Part shown: in pieces, positions 1-8,711 of the stretch
Numbering within the stretch: the stretch's first letter is position 1
How the letters are laid out: each line of letters starts with the position of its first letter
Source: an uncultured Bacteroidales bacterium
GTDB taxonomy: Bacteria > Bacteroidota > Bacteroidia > Bacteroidales > UBA10428
Assembly: GCA_964633185.1 (NCBI GenBank)
Contig: CAZWFM010000001.1
Location: forward strand, 1-33,689
DNA length: 33,689 nucleotides
Direction of reading: 5' to 3'
Notes under the pieces: model-generated
Databases searched by the model: none
What the model was told of the DNA's origin: nothing
What the model saw: the letters and a program-made list of their open reading frames with translations, nothing else
Translations under genes and position numbers: made by a program

Positions 1-3000
1 AAAGGGATGGGCCATTAATAATGATGGGAACCGTAAAATTGGATTTGCAGCTCCCAGTATCGAAGGACAGGAGCAAGTAATCAGGAAAGCTCAGGACATG
101 GCAGGAATGCATCCGGAACAGATCAGCTATATAGAAACACATGGTACAGCAACCAAATTGGGAGATCCAATTGAATTTCAGGCTCTGGTCAATACATTCC
201 GTGAAAGAACCAGGAAAAATCAGTTTTGCGGGATTGGCACGGTAAAAAGCAATATCGGTCATTTGGATGTTGTAGCAGGAGCAGTTGGCTTGATTAAAAT
301 TGCACTGTCATCCTATTACAAAAAGATACCGCCTACTTTATATTGTACAAAACCAAATCCATTATTAGATATAGAGAACAGTCCTTTTTATATTGCAGAT
401 AAGGTAGTTGAAAAGAAAAATGATTTGCCACTTACTATGGGTGTGAGTTCTTTCGGAGTTGGCGGTACAAATGCTCATGTGATTGTTCAGGAATATTTGG
501 ATGAAAGGCAAAAAAAAGAATCAGGAAATGCCCCTCAGCTAATACCTCTGAGTGCAAAATCAAATTCTTCACTAAGTAAACTTGAAAAAAATATTGTTGA
601 GTACCTGAACAGAAATCCGGAGAATATTGAGGATGCTGCTTATACACTTCAATTTGGCAGGACACATATGCCCTATCGTTCTTATGTGATTGTTGAGCCA
701 GGTAAAAAAACTCATATTGATGAATTCAAAAAAGGTATTCGTAATGAGCATCAGCCAAAACTTGTGTTTGCATTTCCGGGAGGAGGGGCACAATTTGTTG
801 GAATGGGTAAAGAATTGTATAAAATAGAATCTGTCTTTAAAGAAGAAATAGATAAATGTTTTGCGATCTATAATTCAGTTACAGGTAAAGATCTAAAACA
901 TATGATTTTTAGTGATAAAGGGAATGTTAAAGCTGCTGAACAACTTACTGAAATTGAATATACTCAACCGGCTATGTTTTGTATTGAGTATGGTCTGTCA
1001 AAACTTTATATGCATTATGGAATGCATCCTGATTATCTGATCGGTCATAGTACGGGTGAATATATTGCAGCCTGTCTGGCTGATGTTTATGATGTGGAAA
1101 CGGGATTGAAGATCATTATCAAACGTGGTGAGTTGATGCAAACAATGCCACCCGGCAATATGATGGCTGTGCGAGCCAGTGAAAAAGAATTAATAGAATT
1201 TAATGAAGGTTTATTTGATATTAGTGCAATAAACGCCCCAAAAGCTTCAACAATCTCGTTTAAACCCGAAAGAGCCGGTGAGATAATAACCCTGTTGGAG
1301 AAAAAAAAGATTGACTTTATTGAATTAAATACGAATAAAGCATTTCATTCGTCCGATTGTGATCCATTTTTAAATGAGTTTGCGGCTTTTGTTGATTCCT
1401 TCAAAAAGAATACACCCAGGTTACCTGTAATCTCCTCATATACAGGTACTTTTCTTTCCGATGAAGAAGCTGTGTCAGGCGATTATTGGGCAAGACAATC
1501 ACGTGGAACAGTCAGGTTCAATCATGGTATCAAGGCATTAACGGAAGTAGGAGAGATGCTGTTTTTTGAAGTTGGTCCAAGCACACACCTTTCCTCTATG
1601 CTGCTTCAAAATGATAATATTGTTGATAAAACAACAATTATCAGCTCGATTGGGAAACCTGATGATGAGAGTGAATATATGAACTTTTTCAAATCCATTG
1701 GAAATCTATGGATTAAAGGAGTCAGGCCTGCATTTGATAAATTTCATACGGTCAATGCAACGGGTATAATAACTCTTCCGGCTTATCCATTTGAGAAGAA
1801 AAGGTATTGGATTGATGTGGTTAAAAAATATAGTGATACATGTGCACAAGAAGATCGATATGATCTTTCGCATGTTGAAGTATCTGATGAGGAAGAGATC
1901 ATTGCAGGCAGTGATCATGAGGATTTAAGCAATCCACTACAAAATAAATTGAAAACTATATGGCAGGAATTCCTGGGTATTGATAATATTAGTATTCGTG
2001 ATAATTTCTTCGAAATGGGAGGACATTCGCTTTTGGCATTGCAAATTTTATCGCGTGTGAAAGAAATCTTCAGTGTCGAGATAACCCTAAAAGCATTTTT
2101 AAGTGATCCAACCATACAATATGTCGAAGGGATAATTAAGGGTGCAGCCTCAAATATTGAGCATCAAATCAATTATGATGATTTGATACATAATTCAGAA
2201 AAGGGGCATTTGCCACTTTATTCTGAGCAAAAAAGACTATGGATTACAGCAAAATTGGACAGGGAGAATCCTGCATACAACATACCTACTACTTATCGGT
2301 TTGAAGGTCAAATCGACTATGAATTATTTCAAAAAAGCATTGAGCTATTATTTGAGCGTCATCATATTATATTTTGTGTTTTTAATGACATTGATGGAGA
2401 ACCTTATTGCGAGATAAAAAAGCCCGCGAATATCAAAATACAAAGAACAGATATTTCCGGTTTAAGCGGGGATGAAAAGGCGAAAAAACTCACACAGGTT
2501 ATTGCCGATGATTCAAGACAGATATTTGATCTGGAAAATGGTCCTTTATACAGGCTGATGCTTATCAAAACAAATAAGGATGAATTTTATTTCCATTCTA
2601 CAATCCATCATTTGGTTTTTGATGGTTTGTCATGGGAGGTCTTGGTTAAGGATCTCAGTCAGATCTATAACAGTCTTTTGCATGGAAAGGAACCAAATTT
2701 GGACAGGTTAGAGATTCAGGCATATGATTATGCTTTTTGGCAAGCCAAACATGATATTCAAAAAAATGAGGATGAACTTAAAGATTTTTGGAAAAAACAG
2801 CTCAAAGATGTCTCTCCGATATTGAATTTCCCTTATGACAGGCCGAGAACCAGTCCGCCCACCGGTCATGGCAGTAAAGTATATATGCAAGTTCCTGAAG
2901 AGGATGCAATGAAACTTAGAAAGTTCAGTAGAACTGAAAATAGTACGCTTTTTATGACTATGCTTTCAATATTTAGTATGCTTATTCAGCGATATTCCGG

Positions 3001-6000
3001 TGAATCTGATTTTTGCATAGGAACTCCGGTTTCAAACAGGCCAAACAGTAAACTTGAGAAGATCTTCGGAATGTTTGTAAATACAATTGTTCTTCGTCAA
3101 CAATTTGAGGGAATTAAAACCTTTAAAGACCTGGTCAATTTCACGAAAAGAACAGTTCTTGATGCCATTGCACATCAGGATTTACCTTTTGAGAAAATTG
3201 TAGAAAGCATACAACCTGAAAGATCTCTGATGTATAATCCAATATTTCAGATTGCATTTGCGTGGCAGAACAATGCCGGCAGTTCAATACATTTCGAGAA
3301 AGCAACCGGGGAAAGAGTTGCAATGACAGAAGGAATATCACCTTTTGATATAACGGTGTATATGTGGCAACATGGAGATATTATTGAAGCAGAAATTGAA
3401 TATAACATTAGTCTGCTTGAGAGAAATACTATTTTACAATTTAAGGAAAATTTTCTCAGACTGATTAGAAATATAACCGATAATTTTGAGGCTTCACTTG
3501 CTGAAATTTCTCTGGTTACCGACGAGAATATCAAAATATTAAAAGGTTTAAGTGGGCAGACTACTGTATATCCTCGTGATTCTTCCATTATTCAATTGTT
3601 TAAAGAACAGGTTCATTTGCGGTCTGATGAAATTGCGGTCCAGTACAAGAATAAGAATCTTTCTTATTCGGAATTGGACAAAAAGTCAGATAAGTTGGCG
3701 GCTCAATTAAGCAAGATAGGAGTTCATCCTGAAGATGCTATAGGTTTGTTTTGCACTAAGTCTTCGGATTTAATAGTTGGTATGCTGGCTATTCTGAAGG
3801 TCGGTGGAGCCTATCTTCCTTTGGATCCGGACTATCCGGTTGAAAGGATTGACTATATGATTCAGGATGCAAAATGCAGGGTAATACTAACACAGAAGCA
3901 TCTCCACAACATTCCTCTTGATTGCCCAAAAGTACTGTTAATCGATGATCCTGATATGTATAAGTCTGATGCCCCAATACCATCAGTTTCCATAGGTGCT
4001 ACTAATCTTGCTTATATCATGTATACTTCGGGAACAACGGGGAAACCCAAAGGTAGCATGATTGAACACAGAAGTGTAATTCGTTTGGTAAGAAATACCA
4101 ATTACATAGAATTAACTGAAAAGGATAATATATTGCTCACAGGGGCCATAGGATTTGATGCTACTACCTTTGAGATTTGGGGAGCACTTCTTAATGGAGG
4201 AAAACTATTTATTGTAGACAAAGAGGTAATACTTACACCTGCAAAGCTGGAGCAGGACTTGAAAGAAAATAAAATTACAACGCTTTGGCTTACGTCCTCC
4301 CTTTTTACACAGATTGCAGAAATTAATTCCGGACTATTCAAAGGTCTTCGATCACTTCTTGTCGGAGGGGATATTCTTTCCGTTGAGCACATTAAGAAAG
4401 TTCGGCATAAAGCTCCTGATCTTACAGTTATAAACGGTTATGGTCCGACTGAAAATACCACGTTTTCTACCTGCCATGTAATTGATAAAGACTATGATGG
4501 AAGTATACCAATTGGGAAACCCATTAGTAACTCAACAGCCTATATATTTGACAAGTATATGAATTACTGTCCTGTTGGCATAATTGGTGAACTTTATGTT
4601 GGAGGTGATGGTCTCTCAAGGGCATATCTTAATGATGAGGAATTGAACAAGGAAAAATTCATTGAACATCCATATATTCCGCGAGAAAGACTTTTTAAAA
4701 CAGGTGACCGGGTAAGGTGGTTGGATGATGGCACAATTGAATTTCATGGAAGAATCGATAGTCAATTGAAGATCATGGGTTTTCGGGTTGAGCCTCTGGA
4801 AATAGAAGCTGTACTGAATGATGTGGAAGGAATTATCGAATCGGTAATTAAACCTGTGGCCGTAAATAAAGGAGTCATTCAACTCTATGCTTTTCTGAAT
4901 GTCCCAAAGGATTTTTCCATGAAGGAAGAAGAACTAATCGGGATTATTAAAGAAAAACTTCCTGTTTATATGATCCCTGCAGGATTTTGCTTTATGCATG
5001 GTTTTCCAAAAAACATTAACGGGAAGATCGATAGAAATGCATTAGTAGTTGATACTTCATTCTTCGAGAAAAAAACGACTGGTTACAAAGAGAGTTTATC
5101 AGCATCGGAAAAGGAGATCATGCCTATTTTTTCTTCTGTCCTGAAACATGATAATTTTACCAGTACGGATAATTTCTTTGATATCGGGGGTAGTTCATTG
5201 CTAGCTCTTACATTGATTTCAAAGATTGAAAAACACTTTGGATTTATAATTGCCTTTCGTGATTTTATGGCGGAATACAATACAATTAAGAAACTGGCTG
5301 AATTACTTGACGAAAATAGACTGTCTGAATCAAGAAAACAGGAAAAACAAAAGCTTGAAAAGGGTAAGTTTAACCATTTATACTGTATCCAGCCAAAAGG
5401 TGATCTGCCGCCACTTTTCAGCATTTATGGAGAACGTGCTCTATCCGGTGATAGTGACCTGGGATCTTCACGTCCCATATATGCCTTTGTATGGCCGGGT
5501 ACTGATGCAGAAGATTTTGTGATGGATTCCGTAGAAGAAGTTGCGGCAGCCTACCTGAGACAGGTAAAAGAGATTAATCCTAATGGCCCTTATTTCTTCA
5601 TTGGATTTTCGTTTGGAGGATTGGTAGCCATGCAGATGGCTTCTCAATTGCAGCATGAGGGATATTCAGTACCTTTATTGGCATTGTTAGATTGTATACA
5701 CCCAAATGAAAGTGTCAGAAAACTTCAAAAGTACAGGCATCTTGCTAAAAATCATGGTATTGGATACATGCTGTATGACAGATTATTTCGCGGTGCACCC
5801 CGATTGATCAGAAGGAAGACTGAGGAACTGCTGGTTACTGTTTTATGCCGAAGCAATAAAAAATTACCTGCCTATTTAAGAAGGCGAAAAATTCTGCTGA
5901 ATAGTATGAAAATCTATGGTAAATACAAACCCGGAATATATGATGGCACCTTGCTTTTATTTAAAGTTAAAGATAATTCCATTAAGGATGAATACCTGGG

Positions 6001-6151
6001 CTGGGGTCCTCACGCTTCAGCAATCAAAGCCATCATGCTGGAAGGTGTGCATCTGGATGCAATTGATTTACCGGAGAATAAGGAGATTGTGACAAGAGAA
6101 ATCACGAATTACCTGGTCAATGAACCCATATTGACCGATGTACGATCCTGA
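1..6151 (+). CDS. Hybrid type I PKS-NRPS megasynthase, C-terminal ~2050 aa (5' end off-window): KS(partial)-AT-ACP-C-A-PCP-TE
   Basis: ORF 98..6151. The same frame stays open back to nt 2 (KGWAINNDGNRKIGFAAPSIEGQEQVIRKAQD, ketosynthase core), so the listed Met is internal. Motifs in order: HGTATKLGDP, GHLDVVAG, GGTNAHVIVQE (KS); GHSTGEY and KAFHS (AT); FFEMGGHSLLA (carrier); HHLVFDGLS (condensation HHxxxDG); YTSGTTGKPKG, NGYGPTE, GELYVGGDGLSRAY, KTGDRVRW, GRIDSQLKIMGFRVE, NGKIDR (adenylation); FFDIGGSSLLA (PCP); GFSFGG (thioesterase GxSxG). Confidence 0.95.
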   Translation, partial: KGWAINNDGNRKIGFAAPSIEGQEQVIRKAQDMAGMHPEQISYIETHGTATKLGDPIEFQALVNTFRERTRKNQFCGIGTVKSNIGHLDVVAGAVGLIKIALSSYYKKIPPTLYCTKPNPLLDIENSPFYIADKVVEKKNDLPLTMGVSSFGVGGTNAHVIVQEYLDERQKKESGNAPQLIPLSAKSNSSLSKLEKNIVEYLNRNPENIEDAAYTLQFGRTHMPYRSYVIVEPGKKTHIDEFKKGIRNEHQPKLVFAFPGGGAQFVGMGKELYKIESVFKEEIDKCFAIYNSVTGKDLKHMIFSDKGNVKAAEQLTEIEYTQPAMFCIEYGLSKLYMHYGMHPDYLIGHSTGEYIAACLADVYDVETGLKIIIKRGELMQTMPPGNMMAVRASEKELIEFNEGLFDISAINAPKASTISFKPERAGEIITLLEKKKIDFIELNTNKAFHSSDCDPFLNEFAAFVDSFKKNTPRLPVISSYTGTFLSDEEAVSGDYWARQSRGTVRFNHGIKALTEVGEMLFFEVGPSTHLSSMLLQNDNIVDKTTIISSIGKPDDESEYMNFFKSIGNLWIKGVRPAFDKFHTVNATGIITLPAYPFEKKRYWIDVVKKYSDTCAQEDRYDLSHVEVSDEEEIIAGSDHEDLSNPLQNKLKTIWQEFLGIDNISIRDNFFEMGGHSLLALQILSRVKEIFSVEITLKAFLSDPTIQYVEGIIKGAASNIEHQINYDDLIHNSEKGHLPLYSEQKRLWITAKLDRENPAYNIPTTYRFEGQIDYELFQKSIELLFERHHIIFCVFNDIDGEPYCEIKKPANIKIQRTDISGLSGDEKAKKLTQVIADDSRQIFDLENGPLYRLMLIKTNKDEFYFHSTIHHLVFDGLSWEVLVKDLSQIYNSLLHGKEPNLDRLEIQAYDYAFWQAKHDIQKNEDELKDFWKKQLKDVSPILNFPYDRPRTSPPTGHGSKVYMQVPEEDAMKLRKFSRTENSTLFMTMLSIFSMLIQRYSGESDFCIGTPVSNRPNSKLEKIFGMFVNTIVLRQQFEGIKTFKDLVNFTKRTVLDAIAHQDLPFEKIVESIQPERSLMYNPIFQIAFAWQNNAGSSIHFEKATGERVAMTEGISPFDITVYMWQHGDIIEAEIEYNISLLERNTILQFKENFLRLIRNITDNFEASLAEISLVTDENIKILKGLSGQTTVYPRDSSIIQLFKEQVHLRSDEIAVQYKNKNLSYSELDKKSDKLAAQLSKIGVHPEDAIGLFCTKSSDLIVGMLAILKVGGAYLPLDPDYPVERIDYMIQDAKCRVILTQKHLHNIPLDCPKVLLIDDPDMYKSDAPIPSVSIGATNLAYIMYTSGTTGKPKGSMIEHRSVIRLVRNTNYIELTEKDNILLTGAIGFDATTFEIWGALLNGGKLFIVDKEVILTPAKLEQDLKENKITTLWLTSSLFTQIAEINSGLFKGLRSLLVGGDILSVEHIKKVRHKAPDLTVINGYGPTENTTFSTCHVIDKDYDGSIPIGKPISNSTAYIFDKYMNYCPVGIIGELYVGGDGLSRAYLNDEELNKEKFIEHPYIPRERLFKTGDRVRWLDDGTIEFHGRIDSQLKIMGFRVEPLEIEAVLNDVEGIIESVIKPVAVNKGVIQLYAFLNVPKDFSMKEEELIGIIKEKLPVYMIPAGFCFMHGFPKNINGKIDRNALVVDTSFFEKKTTGYKESLSASEKEIMPIFSSVLKHDNFTSTDNFFDIGGSSLLALTLISKIEKHFGFIIAFRDFMAEYNTIKKLAELLDENRLSESRKQEKQKLEKGKFNHLYCIQPKGDLPPLFSIYGERALSGDSDLGSSRPIYAFVWPGTDAEDFVMDSVEEVAAAYLRQVKEINPNGPYFFIGFSFGGLVAMQMASQLQHEGYSVPLLALLDCIHPNESVRKLQKYRHLAKNHGIGYMLYDRLFRGAPRLIRRKTEELLVTVLCRSNKKLPAYLRRRKILLNSMKIYGKYKPGIYDGTLLLFKVKDNSIKDEYLGWGPHASAIKAIMLEGVHLDAIDLPENKEIVTREITNYLVNEPILTDVRS
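2..496 (+). other. Ketosynthase domain, C-terminal part
   Basis: INNDG..APS..GQ, ETHGTATKLGDPIE, KSNIGHLDVVAG, GGTNAHVIVQE. The N-terminal half with the active-site Cys lies outside the window. Confidence 0.9.
758..1810 (+). other. Acyltransferase domain plus post-AT linker, malonyl-type by motif
   Basis: FAFPGGGAQFVGMGKELY, EYTQPAMFCIEYGL, GHSTGEY (active Ser), KAFHS (xAFH rather than YASH), ends at YPFEKKRYWI. Confidence 0.85.
1934..2140 (+). other. Acyl carrier protein domain (phosphopantetheine Ser at about 2027-2029)
   Basis: LQNKLKTIWQEFLGIDNISIRDNFFEMGGHSLLALQILSRV. Only about 40 acidic linker residues separate it from the AT linker, which leaves no room for KR, DH or ER. Confidence 0.85.
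2210..3517 (+). other. NRPS condensation domain
   Basis: LPLYSEQKRLW, HHLVFDGLSW (HHxxxDG), MFVNTIVLR, the expected length of about 435 aa. Confidence 0.85.
3584..5047 (+). other. NRPS adenylation domain with a Val-like specificity code
   Basis: A3 LAYIMYTSGTTGKPKG, A4 FDATTFEIW, A5 NGYGPTENTTFST, A7 GELYVGGDGLSRAYL, A8 GRIDSQLKIMGFRVEPLEIE, A10 PKNINGKIDR. Hand alignment to the GrsA-PheA numbering gives the ten residues D-A-F-W-L-G-G-T-F-K. Confidence 0.8.
5099..5311 (+). other. Peptidyl carrier protein domain (Ser at about 5192-5194)
   Basis: EKEIMPIFSSVLKHDNFTSTDNFFDIGGSSLLALTLISKIE. Confidence 0.85.
5375..6127 (+). other. Type I thioesterase domain (alpha/beta hydrolase)
   Basis: PPLFSIYG, GFSFGGLVAMQMA (GxSxG nucleophile elbow), candidate catalytic His in EGVHLDAI near the C-terminus. 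It is the last domain before the stop codon. Confidence 0.8.
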
Positions 6152-6167
6152 AAACGTTTCTTTCAGG
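6147..6167. terminator. Weak 7-bp hairpin (CCTGAAA-N7-TTTCAGG) between convergent genes, overlapping the PKS-NRPS stop codon
   Basis: Inverted repeat read directly from the sequence. There is no clear U-tract on either strand. Confidence 0.25.
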
Positions 6168-6333
6168 AAAGTATAAGTATTCATAAACCAAGCGGCAATC
6201 TTTACGTCTATTCATAAGCTAATTTCATTCCTTGTAATATAGGTTTTAAAACTTAAAGAATGGGTAAGATGCCTTAAAAAAGCAGACAAAACAGAATGAA
6301 AAGCAAATAATAAAGAAACAATCAGGAAAGATC

Positions 6334-8319
6334 TTACTCTTTTACGAAAATATAACTATTTGTTGATGAGCCTGTACTTGCTGTAAGAAAATAGATCCCT
6401 GTGAATAAATTTGAGACATTAAAATACATCATATCGTTTTCCAAGACCGGATGGGAGAGAGCCTCTATAATTTCTCCCTGAAGATTGGTTATTCTAAAGT
6501 TAATTTTTCCCTGATCCGTATTCGTATCCCTGACAAATACATACCACAGGTCTCCGCTAGTCGGATTAGGAAAGATGAGGCCGGTATTAATTTCAGCTGA
6601 GTCCAATTCGGTTATATTGAGCAATGTAATTTCATAATCGCCATAGATGCCTGATCCATCATTCGCTGTTGCTCTTGCGGTGACCTTTCCGGGGTTCTCT
6701 GACGTAATCAAACCGGTAGAATTAATTGTTGCTTCTCCGGTATCTTCGATAACAGACCAGGATACCGTTTTATTTGTTGCATTTGCTGGCAGAACAGTTG
6801 CTGTTAATTGCAATGATTCACTTGGTCTGCTTATCATTGCGGAGCCACCCGAGGCTGAAATAATAATATCGGTTGCACTGACAGGAATATATGCATATGC
6901 ACCAATGTCATAATGGCCAGGAATTCTGGGATTGCCTTCAATATCGGTTTCTACTTCCGGAATGGTTGCACCTGCGTTCACAGCACCTGAGTTAAACGCC
7001 AGGTGATAATCATGATTTTCATAGTCAACGAAATCAGCCGGACTGGCAATGTACACAGTATTATCCACAACACCATTCAATTCAGGAGGCATTGAATCAA
7101 CAAAGATTGTATTTCGCATATCGAAATTATCTTCATTGAAACTCACCCTGGCATCAAAATAGGAAGGTGCCCGTTCATGAATCCCCGGCCACATTATGGT
7201 ATCTATACTATTATCAAAGGTACAATTCCATATTTTTATGTTCTCAATATCATCTTCAGGCCATAATGAACACCAATACGTATCGTATGTGACACAGTTA
7301 CACATAGTAACAAGAGGTGGTCCGGACATTGTTCCTGTCTGGGCTATGATATCAGGACCCATCAATCTGAAACCTATAGCGCTTTCATACACTATCGTGT
7401 TCTTAATGGTAGCATCTACTGACATATTAATAGCTACAGCCGGCCAGTCATATTTACCATTAAACCCGTGCAATACATTGTTGTCAATATATATATATGC
7501 CTTCCAGTCCGGATTCGGACTGTTTGCAATCTCGGCACTATCAGGTGTCTTTGTATCAATACCATTTTCACTCCAGTAGGTATTTGCCGGAAGGGTATTA
7601 ACCTCTTTGTCTACTAATCCGGACCATAAATGGTTATTTGTAATAAACAGAGAATCCCATGTCGGGAAAGTTAAGGAGCTTCCCGATTGTATACAGTCTC
7701 CGCTATTATGATGAATGTTGCAGTTGTTGATAATCATGTGGTTTCCACTTCTAAACATAATACCATGAGCATCTTTCCTTTCGCCTTCAGCATCATGATG
7801 TACACAATAGTAAATTTCACAATTATCAACAATGGTATGATCAGATTCAGTCACGGTCAGCCCATCCGTATGAGATTTGTACCACTTACAATTATAGAAT
7901 GTTAAGTGATCTGAATTTTGCCTCATGTCAATCAATGGATAAGCCCCATTTAAAAAGTCTCCGTCCATATCAAAGCCTTCCCATCGATAATATTCGACAT
8001 CAGCCGTTCGAATAGCATTTGTTTCAGTAGTTATCTTAAAGACAGGTCTGTTACTAAGATCATGAGCTTTAACAGTTATCCATTCTGAAGCATTCCCGGA
8101 ATGTACAGGAAGAATATAAGTAGTCAGATAATATGTTCCGGGCATAATCCTTAAAGTATCCCCGGGGGTTAATGCGTCCATTGCATCCGGCCAGGAATTA
8201 AATGGTTCGGATTGACTACCGTCACCATTACTTCCGCCATTATGAATATACCAGTTTTTTTGTCCAAATGACCAGAATACTGCGTTACACAATAGCAATA
8301 TTAAAACTGTTTTTTTCAT
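6334..8319 (-). CDS. Secreted right-handed beta-helix (DUF1565/pectate-lyase-fold) protein, paralogue 1: signal peptide, beta-helix, one Big_2 module, T9SS C-terminal sorting domain
   Basis: Signal peptide MKKTVLILLLCNAVFWSFG|Q. N-terminal cap WYIHNGGSNGDGS..PFNSW...A...L.PGDTLRIMPGTY. PbH1-like turns (NCNIHHNSGDCIQSG, ITNNHLWSG, IDNNVLHGF, IKNTIVYES). C-terminal cap DYHLAFNSGAVNAG...DIEGNPR...YDIGAY. Ig module SLQLTATVLPANATNKTVSWSV..ATINSTGLITS..VTARATANDGSG. Tail IFPNPTSGDLW...TGIYFLTASTG..YIFVKE. Confidence 0.85.
   Translation of the reverse strand: MKKTVLILLLCNAVFWSFGQKNWYIHNGGSNGDGSQSEPFNSWPDAMDALTPGDTLRIMPGTYYLTTYILPVHSGNASEWITVKAHDLSNRPVFKITTETNAIRTADVEYYRWEGFDMDGDFLNGAYPLIDMRQNSDHLTFYNCKWYKSHTDGLTVTESDHTIVDNCEIYYCVHHDAEGERKDAHGIMFRSGNHMIINNCNIHHNSGDCIQSGSSLTFPTWDSLFITNNHLWSGLVDKEVNTLPANTYWSENGIDTKTPDSAEIANSPNPDWKAYIYIDNNVLHGFNGKYDWPAVAINMSVDATIKNTIVYESAIGFRLMGPDIIAQTGTMSGPPLVTMCNCVTYDTYWCSLWPEDDIENIKIWNCTFDNSIDTIMWPGIHERAPSYFDARVSFNEDNFDMRNTIFVDSMPPELNGVVDNTVYIASPADFVDYENHDYHLAFNSGAVNAGATIPEVETDIEGNPRIPGHYDIGAYAYIPVSATDIIISASGGSAMISRPSESLQLTATVLPANATNKTVSWSVIEDTGEATINSTGLITSENPGKVTARATANDGSGIYGDYEITLLNITELDSAEINTGLIFPNPTSGDLWYVFVRDTNTDQGKINFRITNLQGEIIEALSHPVLENDMMYFNVSNLFTGIYFLTASTGSSTNSYIFVKE
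6337..6588 (-). other. T9SS (Por) C-terminal sorting domain of paralogue 1
   Basis: FPNPTSGDLWYV...INFRITNLQGEII...GIYFLTASTGSSTNSYIFVKE. The pattern is typical of type-A CTDs. Confidence 0.75.
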
Positions 8320-8453
8320 GATGCAAGGATTTTGGTAGTATGATAATCATTACAGTTTATATACATAGGCATTATGAAATAGTCAGAGTTGATTAGCTGA
8401 ACTGTTTACCCTGACTTTAATTCAATTCAAATGATTTTTGCTTACTGTACAAC

Positions 8454-8461
8454 AAAATTAT
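8454..8461 (-). promoter_or_regulatory. Candidate Bacteroidota -7 box (TAATTTTG, consensus TAnnTTTG) upstream of paralogue 1
   Basis: Exact 8-mer match 135 nt upstream of the ATG at 8319 and downstream of the strong terminator at 8603-8642. No clear -33 element was seen. Confidence 0.3.
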
Positions 8462-8602
8462 TCTTATTTAACATGAATTGCACTTGACTGAATACCTAAA
8501 ATGTCTCGTTAAAAATTAACTTTGAATTGATATGGTAGTGTTTTCATTATTTTACCTGATCATTCTTAGAAAATTATATTTACGAATTATACAATAAAAT
8601 CA

Positions 8603-8642
8603 AAGAAAAAACTGGAATACAATAAAGAATATTGTATTCCAG
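8603..8642 (-). terminator. Rho-independent terminator after paralogue 2
   Basis: Perfect 13-bp stem CTGGAATACAATA / TATTGTATTCCAG with a 5-nt loop (8612-8642). On the minus-strand transcript it is followed by UUUUUUCUU. It lies 70 nt past the stop at 8712. Confidence 0.8.
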
Positions 8643-8711
8643 TTCCATTTCTTGTTTTTGTATATCTAAATTTTGCTTAATCTTACCATTCTTGTATGTT
8701 TGCATTTCATC

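Noticed and set aside
435-5656. About a dozen 60-113-codon ORFs on the minus strand, plus one out-of-frame + strand ORF (5250..5522), all inside the PKS-NRPS gene
   Set aside because: All lie within a 6-kb ORF with continuous, ordered domain motifs. Their translations are low-complexity or Cys- and Phe-rich with no recognisable motifs. They are shadow ORFs typical of AT-rich DNA.
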